Source: Methanothermococcus sp. Ax23 (lineage in GTDB: Archaea > AGJL01 > Methanococci > Methanococcales > Methanococcaceae). Taken from it: a DNA stretch of 64,000 bases. Both the position numbers and the translations under genes were made by a program. The notes beneath the pieces were generated by a model. The model saw nothing but the letters and a program-made list of their open reading frames with translations, did no database searches and had not been told where the DNA came from. Below are positions 41,531 through 55,125 of the stretch, piece after piece (positions within the stretch are counted from its first letter, which is position 1; each line of letters opens with the position of its first letter). Location: assembly GCF_049075655.1 (NCBI RefSeq), contig NZ_CP157522.1:1120001-1184000 (forward strand), written 5' to 3'.

Positions 41531-41687
41531 TCTTTCACCTGATTTTTATTTATATAATATGTATCATACATATATATTTGATAATATTTTTTATATGTTT
41601 TGATTTGGTTTTAATCAATCTTGCAAGTGCATCAATTCCTTCACAATTAAAAAATAAGGTTTTACCCAAATTTAAAATGGTGATATT

Positions 41688-42215
41688 ATGATAAAAGTTC
41701 TTTATGATGGTATTTTAATAAGAGATGGCAATAGGATAACGGAAGCATCTTCTTCTATAACATTCATAAAAACAAAAAAACATAACATAATAGTCGATAC
41801 AGCTACAAAGGATAAAAAAGATTTAATTATAAGGGAATTGGATAAATTAGGATTAAAACCAGAAGATATTGATATAGTCATAAATACCCACGACCATTGG
41901 GACCATGTGGAGAATAATGATTTATTTAAAAATGCAAAACTCATAACCTATTATAATTATAGGGAGCTCGACGATGAGGAAATAGAAATTATGGAAACCC
42001 CCGGACATACAGAGGATAGTATTTCAGTAATATATAAAGACTATATCGTTGTTGGAGATGCTTCTCCTTTAAAGGATAATATATTAAAAGACATTGAACC
42101 TAAATTAAACATTGATGAAGAGCTCGCTCTGAATACTCTTAAAAAGATAAAAAGTCTAAAAAAGAATATTATTACAGGTCATGAAGGAATATATTATAAA
42201 GATTCTTATCTATAA
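41688..42215 (+). CDS. Metallo-beta-lactamase-fold hydrolase
   Basis: THDHWDH, TPGHT, VGD and GH motifs. Confidence 0.9.
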   Translation: MIKVLYDGILIRDGNRITEASSSITFIKTKKHNIIVDTATKDKKDLIIRELDKLGLKPEDIDIVINTHDHWDHVENNDLFKNAKLITYYNYRELDDEEIEIMETPGHTEDSISVIYKDYIVVGDASPLKDNILKDIEPKLNIDEELALNTLKKIKSLKKNIITGHEGIYYKDSYL

Positions 42216-42384
42216 AATAGTTTAATTTAAGGTTAGCCATACAATTAATTCTTTATTTTGTGTTTATATTTTTTTAGTTTATTCTTTTTCTATTTTGTAT
42301 TCGTTGAATCAAGTATAATAACGGTTTTAATTAAATATTATGCTTTTGTAGTGTTTCCCCCCACTATGGTCTGATTTTAACTTC

Positions 42385-43539
42385 CTGACAGTGTGAATTA
42401 ACAATACCATCTTTAAAATCAAAAAATAGAAATAGGTAGTAGTTAAATATCTCATTAAAAAACGGTGAATTCAGCATGCTAAAGACATTAAGTAATATGC
42501 TCACTAATTCTATAAATAGTTTAGGATTTAACTGTTCGGAAGAATTATCTAAGTTTGCATTGGTTAGAACGTTAACGCCGATAAAAACTATTAAAGCATT
42601 TTCAGAAAGTATTTCAAAAATCCACAGAACAACTATCGTTAAAAACTTGCAAAAACTCTTCGAAGAAGAGTTTTACTTATACGCTCAATTATTAAACCTT
42701 CCCGACATTTTGAATGACAATAGATTTAAATACGCTGCAATAATCGATTCAACATTATTAAGAAGATGGAGTGAAAATATTTATGGTTGTAGTATTAGAT
42801 ACAATTACATCGAAAATCATAGCAAACTATATCAAGAGCAAATAAACTGCTGTATCTATCACAAAAAAAAGGGCTTTATACTATTCACACTACGATAAAA
42901 CCACTCGACAAAAAATCCACAAACATATTTATTGAAATCATTGAATTTTTATCTCAAACTAACATCAGGACGGTTATAGGGGACAGTTTTATCACAACAA
43001 AGAAAATTCTAAAGGGATGTAAGGGATTGGGAATCGAATACATTGGCAAACTTAGGAAAAACATTATAATCGAGTTTTTCAGTAAGAAGGTTAAAGTGGA
43101 AGAATTGTTCGAAAAGGATTTTCAAAAAAGAAAGTTCAAATTAAGGACGATTAATGGAATAGAGTTCAAATTATCCGATAGGATTGTGAATATTCCAAAT
43201 GTTGGCAAGGTTAAAATCGTTGCTGTGCAAATGGAAAATCAGAAAAAACCTAAGTATTTAGTCTCTACAAACTATAAAAAGAAGGCAGAGAACATTATAA
43301 TCGAGTATATGAAGAGACCAAAGATAGAAGAAAAACATAAAAGGGATAAATCGATTTTAGAAGTTGAAGGGAATTACATAACTTCTGAAAAGAGTAATAT
43401 TGGATTCATTAGATTTATGGCGGTAGTATCAAACTGCATCGAATACTTAAGCTACAACTATGGATTATCGTTTTATGAAATCGTTAAAAAGTGTGGTAAA
43501 GAACTAATAAAGAAAGGAATATCATAATCACACTGTCAG
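42385..43539 (+). mobile_element. IS4-superfamily (IS701/ISH3-like) DDE insertion sequence
   Basis: TIRs CTGACAGTGTGA(A)TTA, 7-bp TSD TAACTTC, transposase IIDST..IGDS..Y-x2-R-x3-E-x6-K. Confidence 0.9.
42476..43527 (+). CDS. DDE transposase in two frames joined by a -1 shift at A_AAA_AAG (42863-42871)
   Basis: The -1 frame is open from the A8 run through to ORF 43027-43527. Confidence 0.75.
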
Positions 43540-46293
43540 TAACTTCAAATACAGTGAGTTCCGCAGTCTCAACAGTAAGTAGCTATTTCCATCCCACTAT
43601 GGTCTGATTTTAACGATATTATGGCATTTAGTTTTAAAGAGATAATCGACTATTTCCATCCCACTATGGTCTGATTTTAACATCCCTGCCTTGATTGTCA
43701 CTATAATATTTACATATATATTTCCATCCCACTATGGTCTGATTTTAACGCTTTTCTTACGAATCCTTTTTTATCCTCTAATGTCATTTCCATCCCACTA
43801 TGGTCTGATTTTAACCCAAGATGTCGTAAAATCATTGAATAAGAAAAAAATAATTTCCATCCCACTATGGTCTGATTTTAACAATTCTTCATCATTTCTT
43901 TTTAGTATTAATTTATATTCTTCCCAATTTCCATCCCACTATGGTCTGATTTTAACTTTTTTTATAAACCTTTTTAGGCGGTTTTTATGACATGTGGAAA
44001 ATTTCCATCCCACTATGGTCTGATTTTAACGGAACTGGCAAGCCAAGGGATAAAGTGCCCTATCCAAATTTCCATCCCACTATGGTCTGATTTTAACTTC
44101 AACTGATAATGTATAAGTGCTACCTTTTGAGCTATTTCCATCCCACTATGGTCTGATTTTAACGCAGAAAAATACGCTGAAAGGGTTATGGATTATGATT
44201 TCCATCCCACTATGGTCTGATTTTAACTTCGACACAATGGCTGTCGAGATGTTTAAAACTGCATTTCCATCCCACTATGGTCTGATTTTAACACTGTAAT
44301 ATATGACGTCTCAGGAAATAACTTTAAATTTCCATCCCACCATGGTCTGATTTTAACGTATATATGTCAGTATTGCACAAAATATTATACAATTTCCATC
44401 CCACTATGGTCTGATTTTAACAATTTTTCAAATTCTTCTTCTGCTGTTTTTCTGTCAGATTTCCATCCCACTATGGTCTGATTTTAACCAGAAACTATAT
44501 TATAGAGTATATAGAATTTGAAATTTCCATCCCACTATGGTCTGATTTTAACAGCTCAATAGCGAAATTAATGACTTTATTGAATACTATTTCCATCCCA
44601 CTATGGTCTGATTTTAACCTCATTATACTCCAAGTCTTTAAATTCATAAATTAATTTCCATCCCACTATGGTCTGATTTTAACTAATATGATACAGCGAG
44701 AATACATAGAAAACGCAATAAATTTCCATCCCACTATGGTCTGATTTTAACTGATTCCGACACAGTAGATTCATACGCTGTGGGAGATGATTTCCATCCC
44801 ACTATGGTCTGATTTTAACATGTATTTATCATATGTCGCAACAATATCAAAGAAAGCATTTCCATCCCACCATGGTCTGATTTTAACTTCGTTTTTAATG
44901 TTTCGTATGACTCGTTATAGCAAACATTTCCATCCCACTATGGTCTGATTTTAACTTTGAGATAGCATAGAATATACCGCCACCTATTAACAATTTCCAT
45001 CCCACTATGGTCTGATTTTAACATATTTCCTGATATGTTGTTCTGTATGTTCTTTTTAATTTCCATCCCACTATGGTCTGATTTTAACTAAAGAAGTTGC
45101 AAATAAATATGGTATGAGTTATATGATTTCCATCCCACTATGGTCTGATTTTAACCTTTTAGGAGCTCCCGCACAATCCTTTTTCGAATTAGATTTCCAT
45201 CCCACTATGGTCTGATTTTAACGAACCGTTAAGCTTTCCAGCCGATTATATGGCAATAGAATTTCCATCCCACTATGGTCTGATTTTAACCTCATTATAC
45301 TCCAAGTCTTTAAATTCATAAATTAATTTCCATCCCACTATGGTCTGATTTTAACTAATATGATACAGCGAGAATACATAGAAAACGCAATAAATTTCCA
45401 TCCCACTATGGTCTGATTTTAACCTAAATAAAATGTTTTTAATGGTGTTAAATCAACATTTCCATCCCACTATGGTCTGATTTTAACGTTGAAAAATGCA
45501 TTATAGAACCGAAAGGAATAACAATTTCCATCCCACTATGGTCTGATTTTAACGAGACCATTTCCAGCATTCACTTGTAGGCGGTTGTTAGATTTCCATC
45601 CCACTATGGTCTGATTTTAACGAAGAAGAGATTCAAAGAATTAAAAAAATCTTAGATTTCCATCCCACTATGGTCTGATTTTAACAGCATTTACATCAAG
45701 AAGTTGTAAAAAGATATTAGAATTTCCATCCCACTATGGTCTGATTTTAACAGCATTTACATCAAGAAGTTGTAAAAAGATATTAGAATTTCCATCCCAC
45801 TATGGTCTGATTTTAACATCTGACCCAGTATGGAAGTAGGCGGTAGGTCCAGGAAGATTTCCATCCCACTATGGTCTGATTTTAACTTCATACGCACGGT
45901 TCTTAAAGAAGATGAGGGTATAAAATTTCCATCCCACTATGGTCTGATTTTAACAAAAAATAAAATTATATGGGTAATAGATAGATTTTCATATTTCCAT
46001 CCCACTATGGTCTGATTTTAACCCCAGAAATGCACGAATACAACACGATACCAACTCCTGATTTCCATCCCACTATGGTCTGATTTTAACATCATGAATG
46101 TAATAAAGGAGACTTTTTAATCGGATTTCCATCCCACTATGGTCTGATTTTAACAAATATCACCTTTGCATATTATACTAATACATAATAATATATTTCC
46201 ATCCCACTATGGTCTGATTTTAACCATAAACATCTTTTTCTTTATCCTTGATAAAATCAATATATTTCCATCCCACTATGGTCTGATTTTAAC

Positions 46294-46540
46294 AGTTTAA
46301 AATATTCCTTATTTTACACTAAATACCTTTGCATTTCTTCTATTTAAAACTTTCGAGTCTCGAATCACGTTGATTTTTAGAGTATATATAGTATTAGGGT
46401 TCGTCTACGACAGATAATTTACAAATATTTAAAGAAATAAACGATATTTTATAAGTATTTTTTAAAAATTTAAAAAATTAGCAAGGAAAACCATAAAATA
46501 ACTAAATATAGTATAGATATTTTAAAAATCCCCATAATTT
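46294..46540 (-). promoter_or_regulatory. CRISPR leader
   Basis: AT-rich; BRE/TATA CGAAAGTTTTAAATAG on the minus strand ~50 nt from the repeat; homologous to 63175-63420. Confidence 0.85.
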
Positions 46541-46753
46541 CATTTATTTAAATTTATTAATTATATCAAAAATAATAGACATTTACGACGAAAGTAGGGG
46601 AGATATTTTCAAAAATAGAAAAAGAATAACCAATATTATAAAAAAATAATAGTTAATAGTAAGGATTTAAAACCTACACATTTTACTCATGGAATTTTTT
46701 CACGAAATTATCTTAAAGAATTAATATATTCAGAGCTCCGACCACCAATAAAA

Positions 46754-47392
46754 TCATGCCCTTTCATTTTTACTTAATGCTATAATTCCATTGGCAATTG
46801 ATACTGCAACAGGAGTTCCGCCTTTTGCCCCCACTGTGGTTATGGATGGAACATCGGTATTTCTTAAAGCCTCTTTTGACTCACTCGCCTTTACAAAACC
46901 AACCGGAGCTCCGATAACAAGTTTTGGTTTTATGTTCTCTTCATTTATCAACCTAATTACTTCAAATAGTGCAGTGGGTGCATTGCCTATTACAACAATA
47001 CCTCCATCAATAAGTTCTTTTGCAACCCTCATGGATGCCACTGCCCTTGTGATTTGCTCCTCCTCAGCCATTTTATAAGTTTCTTCATCGTTAATGAAAT
47101 TATATAAATTATTATACCTAATGCCTGCTTTAACCATGCCCACATCAACAACTATTGGTTTATTATTTTTAATTGCTTCGATACCGTTATTTATTGGGTC
47201 GTTTTTAAATGTTAAGAGTTTTGCATATTCTTCATCAGCAGTGGCATGCACAACTCTTTCCATTATTACCAATTCTTCATTGGAGTAATTCTTTAATTTA
47301 TCCCCTAAAACACTTTTTATTTTATTTCTTACAATTTCCCTAGATTTTTCAGCAATATTTAGTCCCTCTTTTGTTGTAGCTCCCATAAACAT
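46754..47392 (-). CDS. cbiC: Cobalt-precorrin-8 methylmutase
   Basis: RVVHATAD, TRA, IGNAPTAL, PVGFV and KGGT motifs. Confidence 0.93.
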   Translation of the reverse strand: MFMGATTKEGLNIAEKSREIVRNKIKSVLGDKLKNYSNEELVIMERVVHATADEEYAKLLTFKNDPINNGIEAIKNNKPIVVDVGMVKAGIRYNNLYNFINDEETYKMAEEEQITRAVASMRVAKELIDGGIVVIGNAPTALFEVIRLINEENIKPKLVIGAPVGFVKASESKEALRNTDVPSITTVGAKGGTPVAVSIANGIIALSKNERA

Positions 47393-47469
47393 AATATCAT
47401 CTTTTTCATCCTTTTCCATTGAATATGATTCAAAATTTAAATATAATTTTACATTTTATTTATTATAAT

Positions 47470-47748
47470 TTATTCTACCATTTTTAAAACTACCTTTACT
47501 TCATCCGATTTAGTATGGACGAGCTCTATTAAATCATCAACTACACTGGATAGTTCGAGCTCTACAAGTCCCATCAAATCATTGTCAGAATCCAATCTAA
47601 AAAATGTGCCGTCTTTACTAATAACAGTGCCTTCCAAATGACATCTTCCAAAATATGCCTCTACATAATCTCCTTCGTCAATAGTGTCAATATATTTATA
47701 TAATTCATCTTCCTCGTTAATAATCATTTCAATAACTTTCATAATCAT
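47470..47748 (-). CDS. Small methanogen hypothetical protein (DUF2097-like)
   Basis: EGDYVEAYFGRCHLEG motif. Confidence 0.65.
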   Translation of the reverse strand: MIMKVIEMIINEEDELYKYIDTIDEGDYVEAYFGRCHLEGTVISKDGTFFRLDSDNDLMGLVELELSSVVDDLIELVHTKSDEVKVVLKMVE

Positions 47749-47837
47749 CCCTTTTGGTATTTTATATTTTTATATAATATGGGCACGTCCAGATATTAGT
47801 GTTGGTATTCTTATGCATATATTCAATATATATTGTA

Positions 47838-48659
47838 TTAAACGCCCATAACTGTTCTAAACAAATCTCTAAGTCCTGGGGCAAGTCCCAAAGCCATTAT
47901 AGTTATTTTTAGAATATTTCTCAAATCTTTATTATCTACTTCCTCGTTTATGATATATAATACAGATATAACCACAATCAGTTTTAAAGGTATCATTACA
48001 TAAGGTCCAAAGATGTCCATAAAAAATCTTGGTATAGGGTGCTGTTCCCAATATCCATATACTCCTATACCAATGGCTGTTGCTGAGGCATCTGTTAATT
48101 GTGAGAATATAGCATATTTGTCTATGCTGTCAAATTTTAATTTATTTTTTAAAACTTCTATTCTTTCAATAAGATATATCATAATACCATAAGTAATACC
48201 TATTATACCAAATACATAAAACAGTGCTTCTATATGCACCATATTTTTTAAAAATATACTTAATAGATAGATTGTTGGAATTATTGCCATTAACATTGCT
48301 GAAATATGGTATTTCTCTTTTTTAAATAATATTCCCGAAAGGATTATTGAAATTATATAATATAATCCCACCGAAACCACAATACCCGGGGTTACTGTAT
48401 AATATGTATGTGGAACATATCCTGCATCAACCAGAGCTCTTATTAACGATATTAATATAACATAAAAAATTGTAATCAATGCAAACTTTCTGTCTATATC
48501 AATATTTAATAATTTACAGACTCTATAAAATCCATAAACCATAACAAACAGTAATATACCATATGTAATCTCTTGAATAAGATTATATCCAGATTTTGTC
48601 TCAATAGGATTAATATAATATTTATAAACGAACTCCAAAAATGCTTCTTTTAAGTCCAT
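47838..48659 (-). CDS. DUF63 membrane protein
   Basis: GYN, VTPG, DASAT..G, Y.EQH and LGLAPGLRD motifs. Confidence 0.85.
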   Translation of the reverse strand: MDLKEAFLEFVYKYYINPIETKSGYNLIQEITYGILLFVMVYGFYRVCKLLNIDIDRKFALITIFYVILISLIRALVDAGYVPHTYYTVTPGIVVSVGLYYIISIILSGILFKKEKYHISAMLMAIIPTIYLLSIFLKNMVHIEALFYVFGIIGITYGIMIYLIERIEVLKNKLKFDSIDKYAIFSQLTDASATAIGIGVYGYWEQHPIPRFFMDIFGPYVMIPLKLIVVISVLYIINEEVDNKDLRNILKITIMALGLAPGLRDLFRTVMGV

Positions 48660-48738
48660 TAAATCACCACATAAATATATATTACTTATATGATTTAATG
48701 ATATATAAATATAAATAATAGTAAAATCTGGTGGTGTT

Positions 48739-49059
48739 ATGAAAATCATGAATGCTAAAATGTTAAGAATATATTTGAAAGAAACTGATAAACATGAAGG
48801 AATGCCCCTATATAGATACATATTAAAAAAATTTAAAGAAAATGAAATTGCAGGAGCTACTGTTTTGAGAGGATTTTGTGGCTATGGAGTAAGGGGCATA
48901 TCTGAAATTGATGTTGTAAGACTTTCTATGGATTTACCTGTAATAATTGAATGTATTGAATACGAGGAGAAATTGGTAAAACTACTGCCTGAATTAACTG
49001 AAATAATAGGGGAAAATGGGATTATAAGCCTTATAGATGCCAGTATTATAAAGAAATAA
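48739..49059 (+). CDS. DUF190 (PII-like) protein
   Basis: LRIYL.E.D, GATVLRG..GYG and LSMDLP motifs. Confidence 0.88.
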   Translation: MKIMNAKMLRIYLKETDKHEGMPLYRYILKKFKENEIAGATVLRGFCGYGVRGISEIDVVRLSMDLPVIIECIEYEEKLVKLLPELTEIIGENGIISLIDASIIKK

Positions 49060-49204
49060 AGAGGTAAATGAATAAAAATAAAATATAAAATAAAAACTGA
49101 AATAAGAGAAAAAAAGAATAATAGATAAAAAGAAAAAAACAGTAATGAGAAAAATAAGGATGTAATAAAAAAAGAAAGAAAAAGAAAGAAAAAGAGAAAT
49201 AAGG

Positions 49205-50284
49205 GTGTTTAGTTTGGATTTTTCATATTTACTTAGTAAAAAACATAAAATTTGCAAAAAAATAAAATCCATTGATAGGGAATTTGATATTGGCGGATAT
49301 TGGATTTCGCAGGATTTTGAAAATCTATCAGATTGTGTATTTGCTGGCGGAGATGGTAGTTTTAATAAAATAGATTATATCGACTACTGTCTTTATTCAA
49401 TAGGTGCTGTTTCATATATAAACAAAGTTGGAGAAAAAATAGAAGAATCCATTTCCTATTGGGATACCGATATAATACTACCTTATAAGTATATATCAAA
49501 TAGACTTAGGCTTTATATGATAAATATGGAGTTAAAAACTGCACTGTGGAATTTTAAAAATAAAAATATCGATTATTATCTATTTGATGGCTCGTTATAT
49601 TCTCTTTTAATCCAAACTCACACCTATGGAACCATTATTGAAAATGAAAATAAAGAAGATGAAAAATCAATTGTAGATTACTATAATGAATACAGCAAGG
49701 AAATTAAAAGTAGAATTCTTGAAAATATCCATGAGAATCAGCTTGCTCCAACTATTACCATAGAATGTAAAAATGATAAGGAAAGGATAATACTTGAACA
49801 ACTTGAATATATAGTTCTTTTAACGGAGCTCCTACAAAAGTATGACAAAAAAATAATTGGTATCTCAAAAACTTCAAAAATGAATTTGTATTTTAAAGAA
49901 TCGAATATTCCTGATATTGCAGTGTTTTCAAAACTAAAAGGAGCAGGATATTCAAAGCCATTAAATTTAGCGGATGAAAAAATAAAGGAGATAAATAGGA
50001 ATGTATATTACAATACAAATCACTTAAAAAAATTTGGATACAGCGTTGATGAATTATACTACCAATTTGTAAGGTTGGATAATAACTCAGGTATGTTAAA
50101 TATTACTTCATTTTCAAAACTGAATAATGAAATCTTTTCAAATTTAAGGGAAATATCCATTGCAGGATATCCATATATATTAAAAAAATCCCATGAAACT
50201 GTAAAGATAGGAGATAAAGATATGGAGCTCTGTGCTAAATTATTGGGAATATACAATAAAAGCGATAGAAATTTGATACTTTAA
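49205..50284 (+). CDS. nurA: NurA-family 5'-3' nuclease
   Basis: GGDGS, LFDGS, IGISKTS and GYPYILKKSHE motifs. Confidence 0.88.
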   Translation: MFSLDFSYLLSKKHKICKKIKSIDREFDIGGYWISQDFENLSDCVFAGGDGSFNKIDYIDYCLYSIGAVSYINKVGEKIEESISYWDTDIILPYKYISNRLRLYMINMELKTALWNFKNKNIDYYLFDGSLYSLLIQTHTYGTIIENENKEDEKSIVDYYNEYSKEIKSRILENIHENQLAPTITIECKNDKERIILEQLEYIVLLTELLQKYDKKIIGISKTSKMNLYFKESNIPDIAVFSKLKGAGYSKPLNLADEKIKEINRNVYYNTNHLKKFGYSVDELYYQFVRLDNNSGMLNITSFSKLNNEIFSNLREISIAGYPYILKKSHETVKIGDKDMELCAKLLGIYNKSDRNLIL

Positions 50285-50372
50285 CTTTAATTTTTATATT
50301 CATCGACATATAACGAACAAAAGTTTGTTTTAAATCGAAACTTTTATATAATATACAATATAATTGAAATTC

Positions 50373-51110
50373 ATGGAAAAAATAAAAGTGCATATTATCG
50401 GGGACATTGTATTGTCCGAAGATATAGGAAAGAGCATGAAGAAATGGAGGGAGATGTTCAATATCCCGCAGATAGATATCGCAAGATATTTAGATTTATC
50501 TCCATCAGTTATAAGTGATTATGAAACTGGTAGGAGAAAAAATCCAGGAGTAAATATCGTAAAAAGATATGTTAATGCATTAGTTGAACTTGACAAAGAA
50601 AACGGAGGGCACACAATCAGAGCTCTTCAAAAGGTTTTAAATCCGCCATCAATGAAACCCATTCTTCAAATAAGGGAATATAAAAACCCAAAGTCCATCA
50701 AAGACCTGTTAGATGTTATCGAAGGGGAGATTGTATGTTATGGAAATCGAAAAATTTCAAAATCTTCTGAGGATACTCAGGAGATAGAAAGTAAGTTGAA
50801 CAGCCAAATATTTGGTCACACTGTTGTAGATAGTGTAAGGGCAATATTGGAAATGGATGGGCAGGATTTTTTAAATTTATACGGTTGGACTACTGAGAGA
50901 GCACTGATATTTACAAATGTTTCGTCTGGGAGAAGTCCAATGGTTGCCATAAGGGTGAGCTCTATAAAACCAAGGTTGGTGGTTTTTCAGGGAGTATCTC
51001 ACTTGGATAAATTGGCACTAAAAATAGCAGAAATTGAGGGAATACCACTGATTATAACAAAACTTAACATTGATGAACTGTTAAAGAGATTAAAGGGAAT
51101 ATCCAATTAA
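50373..51110 (+). CDS. XRE-type HTH transcriptional regulator (archaeal)
   Basis: [24 protein letters not shown] and [10 protein letters not shown] motifs. Confidence 0.85.
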   Translation: MEKIKVHIIGDIVLSEDIGKSMKKWREMFNIPQIDIARYLDLSPSVISDYETGRRKNPGVNIVKRYVNALVELDKENGGHTIRALQKVLNPPSMKPILQIREYKNPKSIKDLLDVIEGEIVCYGNRKISKSSEDTQEIESKLNSQIFGHTVVDSVRAILEMDGQDFLNLYGWTTERALIFTNVSSGRSPMVAIRVSSIKPRLVVFQGVSHLDKLALKIAEIEGIPLIITKLNIDELLKRLKGISN

Positions 51111-51186
51111 TATTATCTATTATTGTTATTTTTGTTTTATTATTATTTTTTTAATTTATTTGATTATTATTAAAAAAGGTGATTAC

Positions 51187-52233
51187 ATGAAAGTTGGTAT
51201 TGTAGGTTATGGAAGTTATATTCCCAAATATAGAATAAAAGTAGAGGAAATTGCAAAAGTTTGGGGAAAAAATCCAGAATCCATAAAAAATGGATTGGTG
51301 GTCAATGAAAAAAGTGTCCCTTCACCAGATGAAGATACTGCAACAATAGCTGTTGAAGCAGGTAGAAACGCCTTAAAAAGAGCTGGCATAAATCCGCAAG
51401 ATATTGGGGCAGTTTATGTGGGTAGTGAAAGCCACCCCTATGCAGTAAAACCAACATCTTCAATAGTGGCAGAGGCATTGGGAGCTACGCCAGATTTAAC
51501 AGCGGCAGATTTGGAATTTGCATGTAAGGCAGGAACTGCGGGAATCCAGATGTGCATGGGTCTTGTTAGTAGCGGGATTGTAAAATACGGTATGGCAATT
51601 GGTGCAGATACAGCCCAGGGAGCTCCGGGAGATGCACTTGAATATACCGCAGCAGCAGGCGGTGCAGCATATATTATTGGAAACAATAAGGATGAATTAA
51701 TTGCAGAAATAAACGACACCTGTTCTTTTACAACAGATACTCCCGACTTTTGGAGAAGAGAGGGGGAGTCCTATCCAAGACATGGTGGGAGATTTACAGG
51801 AGAACCTGCATTTTTTAGACATGTATTATGTGCGGCTAATAAAATAATGGAAAAAATGGGAACTATGCCAGAAGATTACGATTACTGTGTATTCCACCAA
51901 CCAAATGGAAAATTCTACATAAAGGCGGCAAAATCATTAGGATTTACAAATGAACAGTATAAATACGGACTTTTAACTCCTTACTTGGGAAATACCTATT
52001 CAGGTGCTGTTCCACTGGGGCTTTCAAATGTTTTAGACCATGCAAAAGAAGGAGATAGGATTTTGGCAGTATCTTATGGAAGTGGTGCAGGTAGTGATGC
52101 CTTTGACATTACCGTAACGGATAGAATCGAGGAAGTTAAAAACAAGGCTCCAAAAACAATGGATTTACTCAATAGGAAGAAATATGTAGATTATGCAGTT
52201 TATTTGAAATACAGAGGCGGGATAAAGATTTAA
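51187..52233 (+). CDS. Hydroxymethylglutaryl-CoA synthase
   Basis: [22 protein letters not shown] and GNTYSG motifs. Confidence 0.95.
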   Translation: MKVGIVGYGSYIPKYRIKVEEIAKVWGKNPESIKNGLVVNEKSVPSPDEDTATIAVEAGRNALKRAGINPQDIGAVYVGSESHPYAVKPTSSIVAEALGATPDLTAADLEFACKAGTAGIQMCMGLVSSGIVKYGMAIGADTAQGAPGDALEYTAAAGGAAYIIGNNKDELIAEINDTCSFTTDTPDFWRREGESYPRHGGRFTGEPAFFRHVLCAANKIMEKMGTMPEDYDYCVFHQPNGKFYIKAAKSLGFTNEQYKYGLLTPYLGNTYSGAVPLGLSNVLDHAKEGDRILAVSYGSGAGSDAFDITVTDRIEEVKNKAPKTMDLLNRKKYVDYAVYLKYRGGIKI

Positions 52234-52293
52234 TTTAAAATAAATAAAAATAAAATAAAAAATCCATATGAAAAAATAAAATAAAAAAATTAA

Positions 52294-53511
<1,218 letters not shown>

Positions 53512-53532
53512 AATATAATTAAATTAAAATAA

Positions 53533-54461
53533 TAGTATGGGTCAAAATATATAACCTATACTAAATATAATATTATAAAAAAGACGATATTATGAAGGCT
53601 GAGGAAGTGGTAAATAAGATAATTACATCAGATTTAATTAATAGAATCCCTAAACGAAGAAAGGTAGGGAGGAAAGGATATAATTTAGAGTTGAGGCTTA
53701 AACTATTAGTGTATGCCTTTTTAAAAGGCATACACTCAAATAGAGCGTTAGTATTACACTTACAAAATAATCCTCAGATTTTAAAAACATTGGGATTTAA
53801 ATCTTGTCCTGGTAGGAGAACCATCGATAGATGGAAAAAATCCCTTGATGAAGAATTGCATGCAATAATTACTTTATTAGGTGATAAATATATTGAACTG
53901 AATAATCCTGAATGGTCAATATATGATAGTACTCCAATAAGGGATGAAATGGACAAAGATGGAAAAATAGGATACAATAGTGAAGGGATATTCAAAGGCT
54001 TTAAATTACACTTAGCAGTGGATAAGCGAGGAATACCATTGAGAGCAGAATTTACCGCGGCAAATACTCATGACGTTAAAGTGGCTGATAAATTGTTAGT
54101 ATCTACCAAAAAATCCTGCGCAGATGCGGGCTATGATTCAAAAGATTTAAAAAAAAGCTAAGGAGTTATACCAAAACGAACTAATAACTGCCCATAATCC
54201 ACGGAGATTAGGTAAGAAAAACAAAAAGAAACTTCCGAAAGAAGTCTCTAAGATAAGAGTTAAAATAGAACATACCAATTCGATATTAAAGAATAGATTT
54301 ATGAATAAGTATTGGACAAATGTTAAGGGTTATGTTCGTAAAAAAATATTCTGCTTCTGTGCAGTGGCTTCTGCACAGGTTTTAGCATTATATAATCTAA
54401 TTACCAGAGGTTATCCTTATATGAAAGTCTTAGAGGTTAGGGTGTAATATGACCCACACTA
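53533..54461 (+). mobile_element. IS5-like DDE insertion sequence
   Basis: TIRs TAGT(A/G)TGGGTCA; flanking direct repeat AATTAAAATAA (AT-rich, length uncertain). Confidence 0.85.
53592..54447 (+). pseudogene. IS5-like transposase, frameshifted at an A8 run (54149-54156)
   Basis: YDST, GFKLHLAVD and ADAGY motifs; the +1 frame continues through R..IE to the stop at 54447. Confidence 0.8.
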
Positions 54462-54622
54462 AATTAAAATAAATATAAATAGCATAAATATAAATTAAAA
54501 TTATGTTAAAATTAAATAAAATAAAAAACTTAAATGAAATGAATAAAAAGTAAAATAAAAAGTAAAAAACTTAAAATAAATAACCAAAATAATCTAAAAA
54601 ACAAAACTAAAAAAGTGAGACT

Positions 54623-54940
54623 ATGGTTATGGGAATGGGTGTAAAATCTAATTTCTTCACTAAAAAGTTGGTAAAATTCATAAAATTCACACTATTTGAT
54701 AAATCAATAGAAATGAAAAGATTTAGAAAAATTATGCTTAATATTCTATTATTGGGCATGTTCATGGTTATATCATCCTATATATTACTTGGAGATTTGG
54801 CAATATATATTTTAGTGTGTGAATTTATAATAATTATTTTAATGGTCATAGGGATTGGATTATATATTCAATATAGGGAAAAATTAGAAGAATTTAGTGA
54901 TAAATTAAAAAACTCCTCCTTAATTAATAAGGTGAAATAA
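54623..54940 (+). CDS. Small two-TM membrane protein
   Basis: GTGAG RBS, two hydrophobic helices, stop overlaps the next start. Confidence 0.6.
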   Translation: MVMGMGVKSNFFTKKLVKFIKFTLFDKSIEMKRFRKIMLNILLLGMFMVISSYILLGDLAIYILVCEFIIIILMVIGIGLYIQYREKLEEFSDKLKNSSLINKVK

Positions 54941-55113
54941 TGTGTAATCTCAACCTGTATGTAAATGACGAGCTCACCATGGAGGATGTCATGGTTGTTG
55001 AAAAAAAGGATGGTAAAATAATAGCAGTTGATTTATTTGGTGATGTGAAGGAGCTCGACGGGGAAATAATAAAGATTGATTTAAATGAAAATAAAATAGT
55101 AATAAAAAATTAA
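54940..55113 (+). CDS. CooT-family small nickel-binding protein (57 aa, missing from the ORF track)
   Basis: GGTGA RBS; MCNLNLYVNDELTMEDVMVVE..AVDLFGD..GEIIKIDL matches the CooT pattern. Confidence 0.75.
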   Translation: MCNLNLYVNDELTMEDVMVVEKKDGKIIAVDLFGDVKELDGEIIKIDLNENKIVIKN

Positions 55114-55125
55114 TGGTGATAATAT

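Larger units (their letters stand above)
42353..46293 (-). CRISPR. CRISPR array, ~42 repeats and ~41 spacers; repeat GTTAAAATCAGACCATAGTGGGATGGAAAT (30 bp)
   Basis: Regular 30-bp repeats with ~34-44 bp spacers; degenerate terminal repeat at 42353; leader on the right implies minus-strand transcription. Confidence 0.98.

Noticed and set aside
43691-46015. Short ORFs with repeated FPSHYGLILT peptides
   Set aside because: They are translations of CRISPR repeats.
49060-49204. Long A/G-rich tract, also seen at 54462-54620
   Set aside because: Low-complexity intergenic DNA without a regular period.
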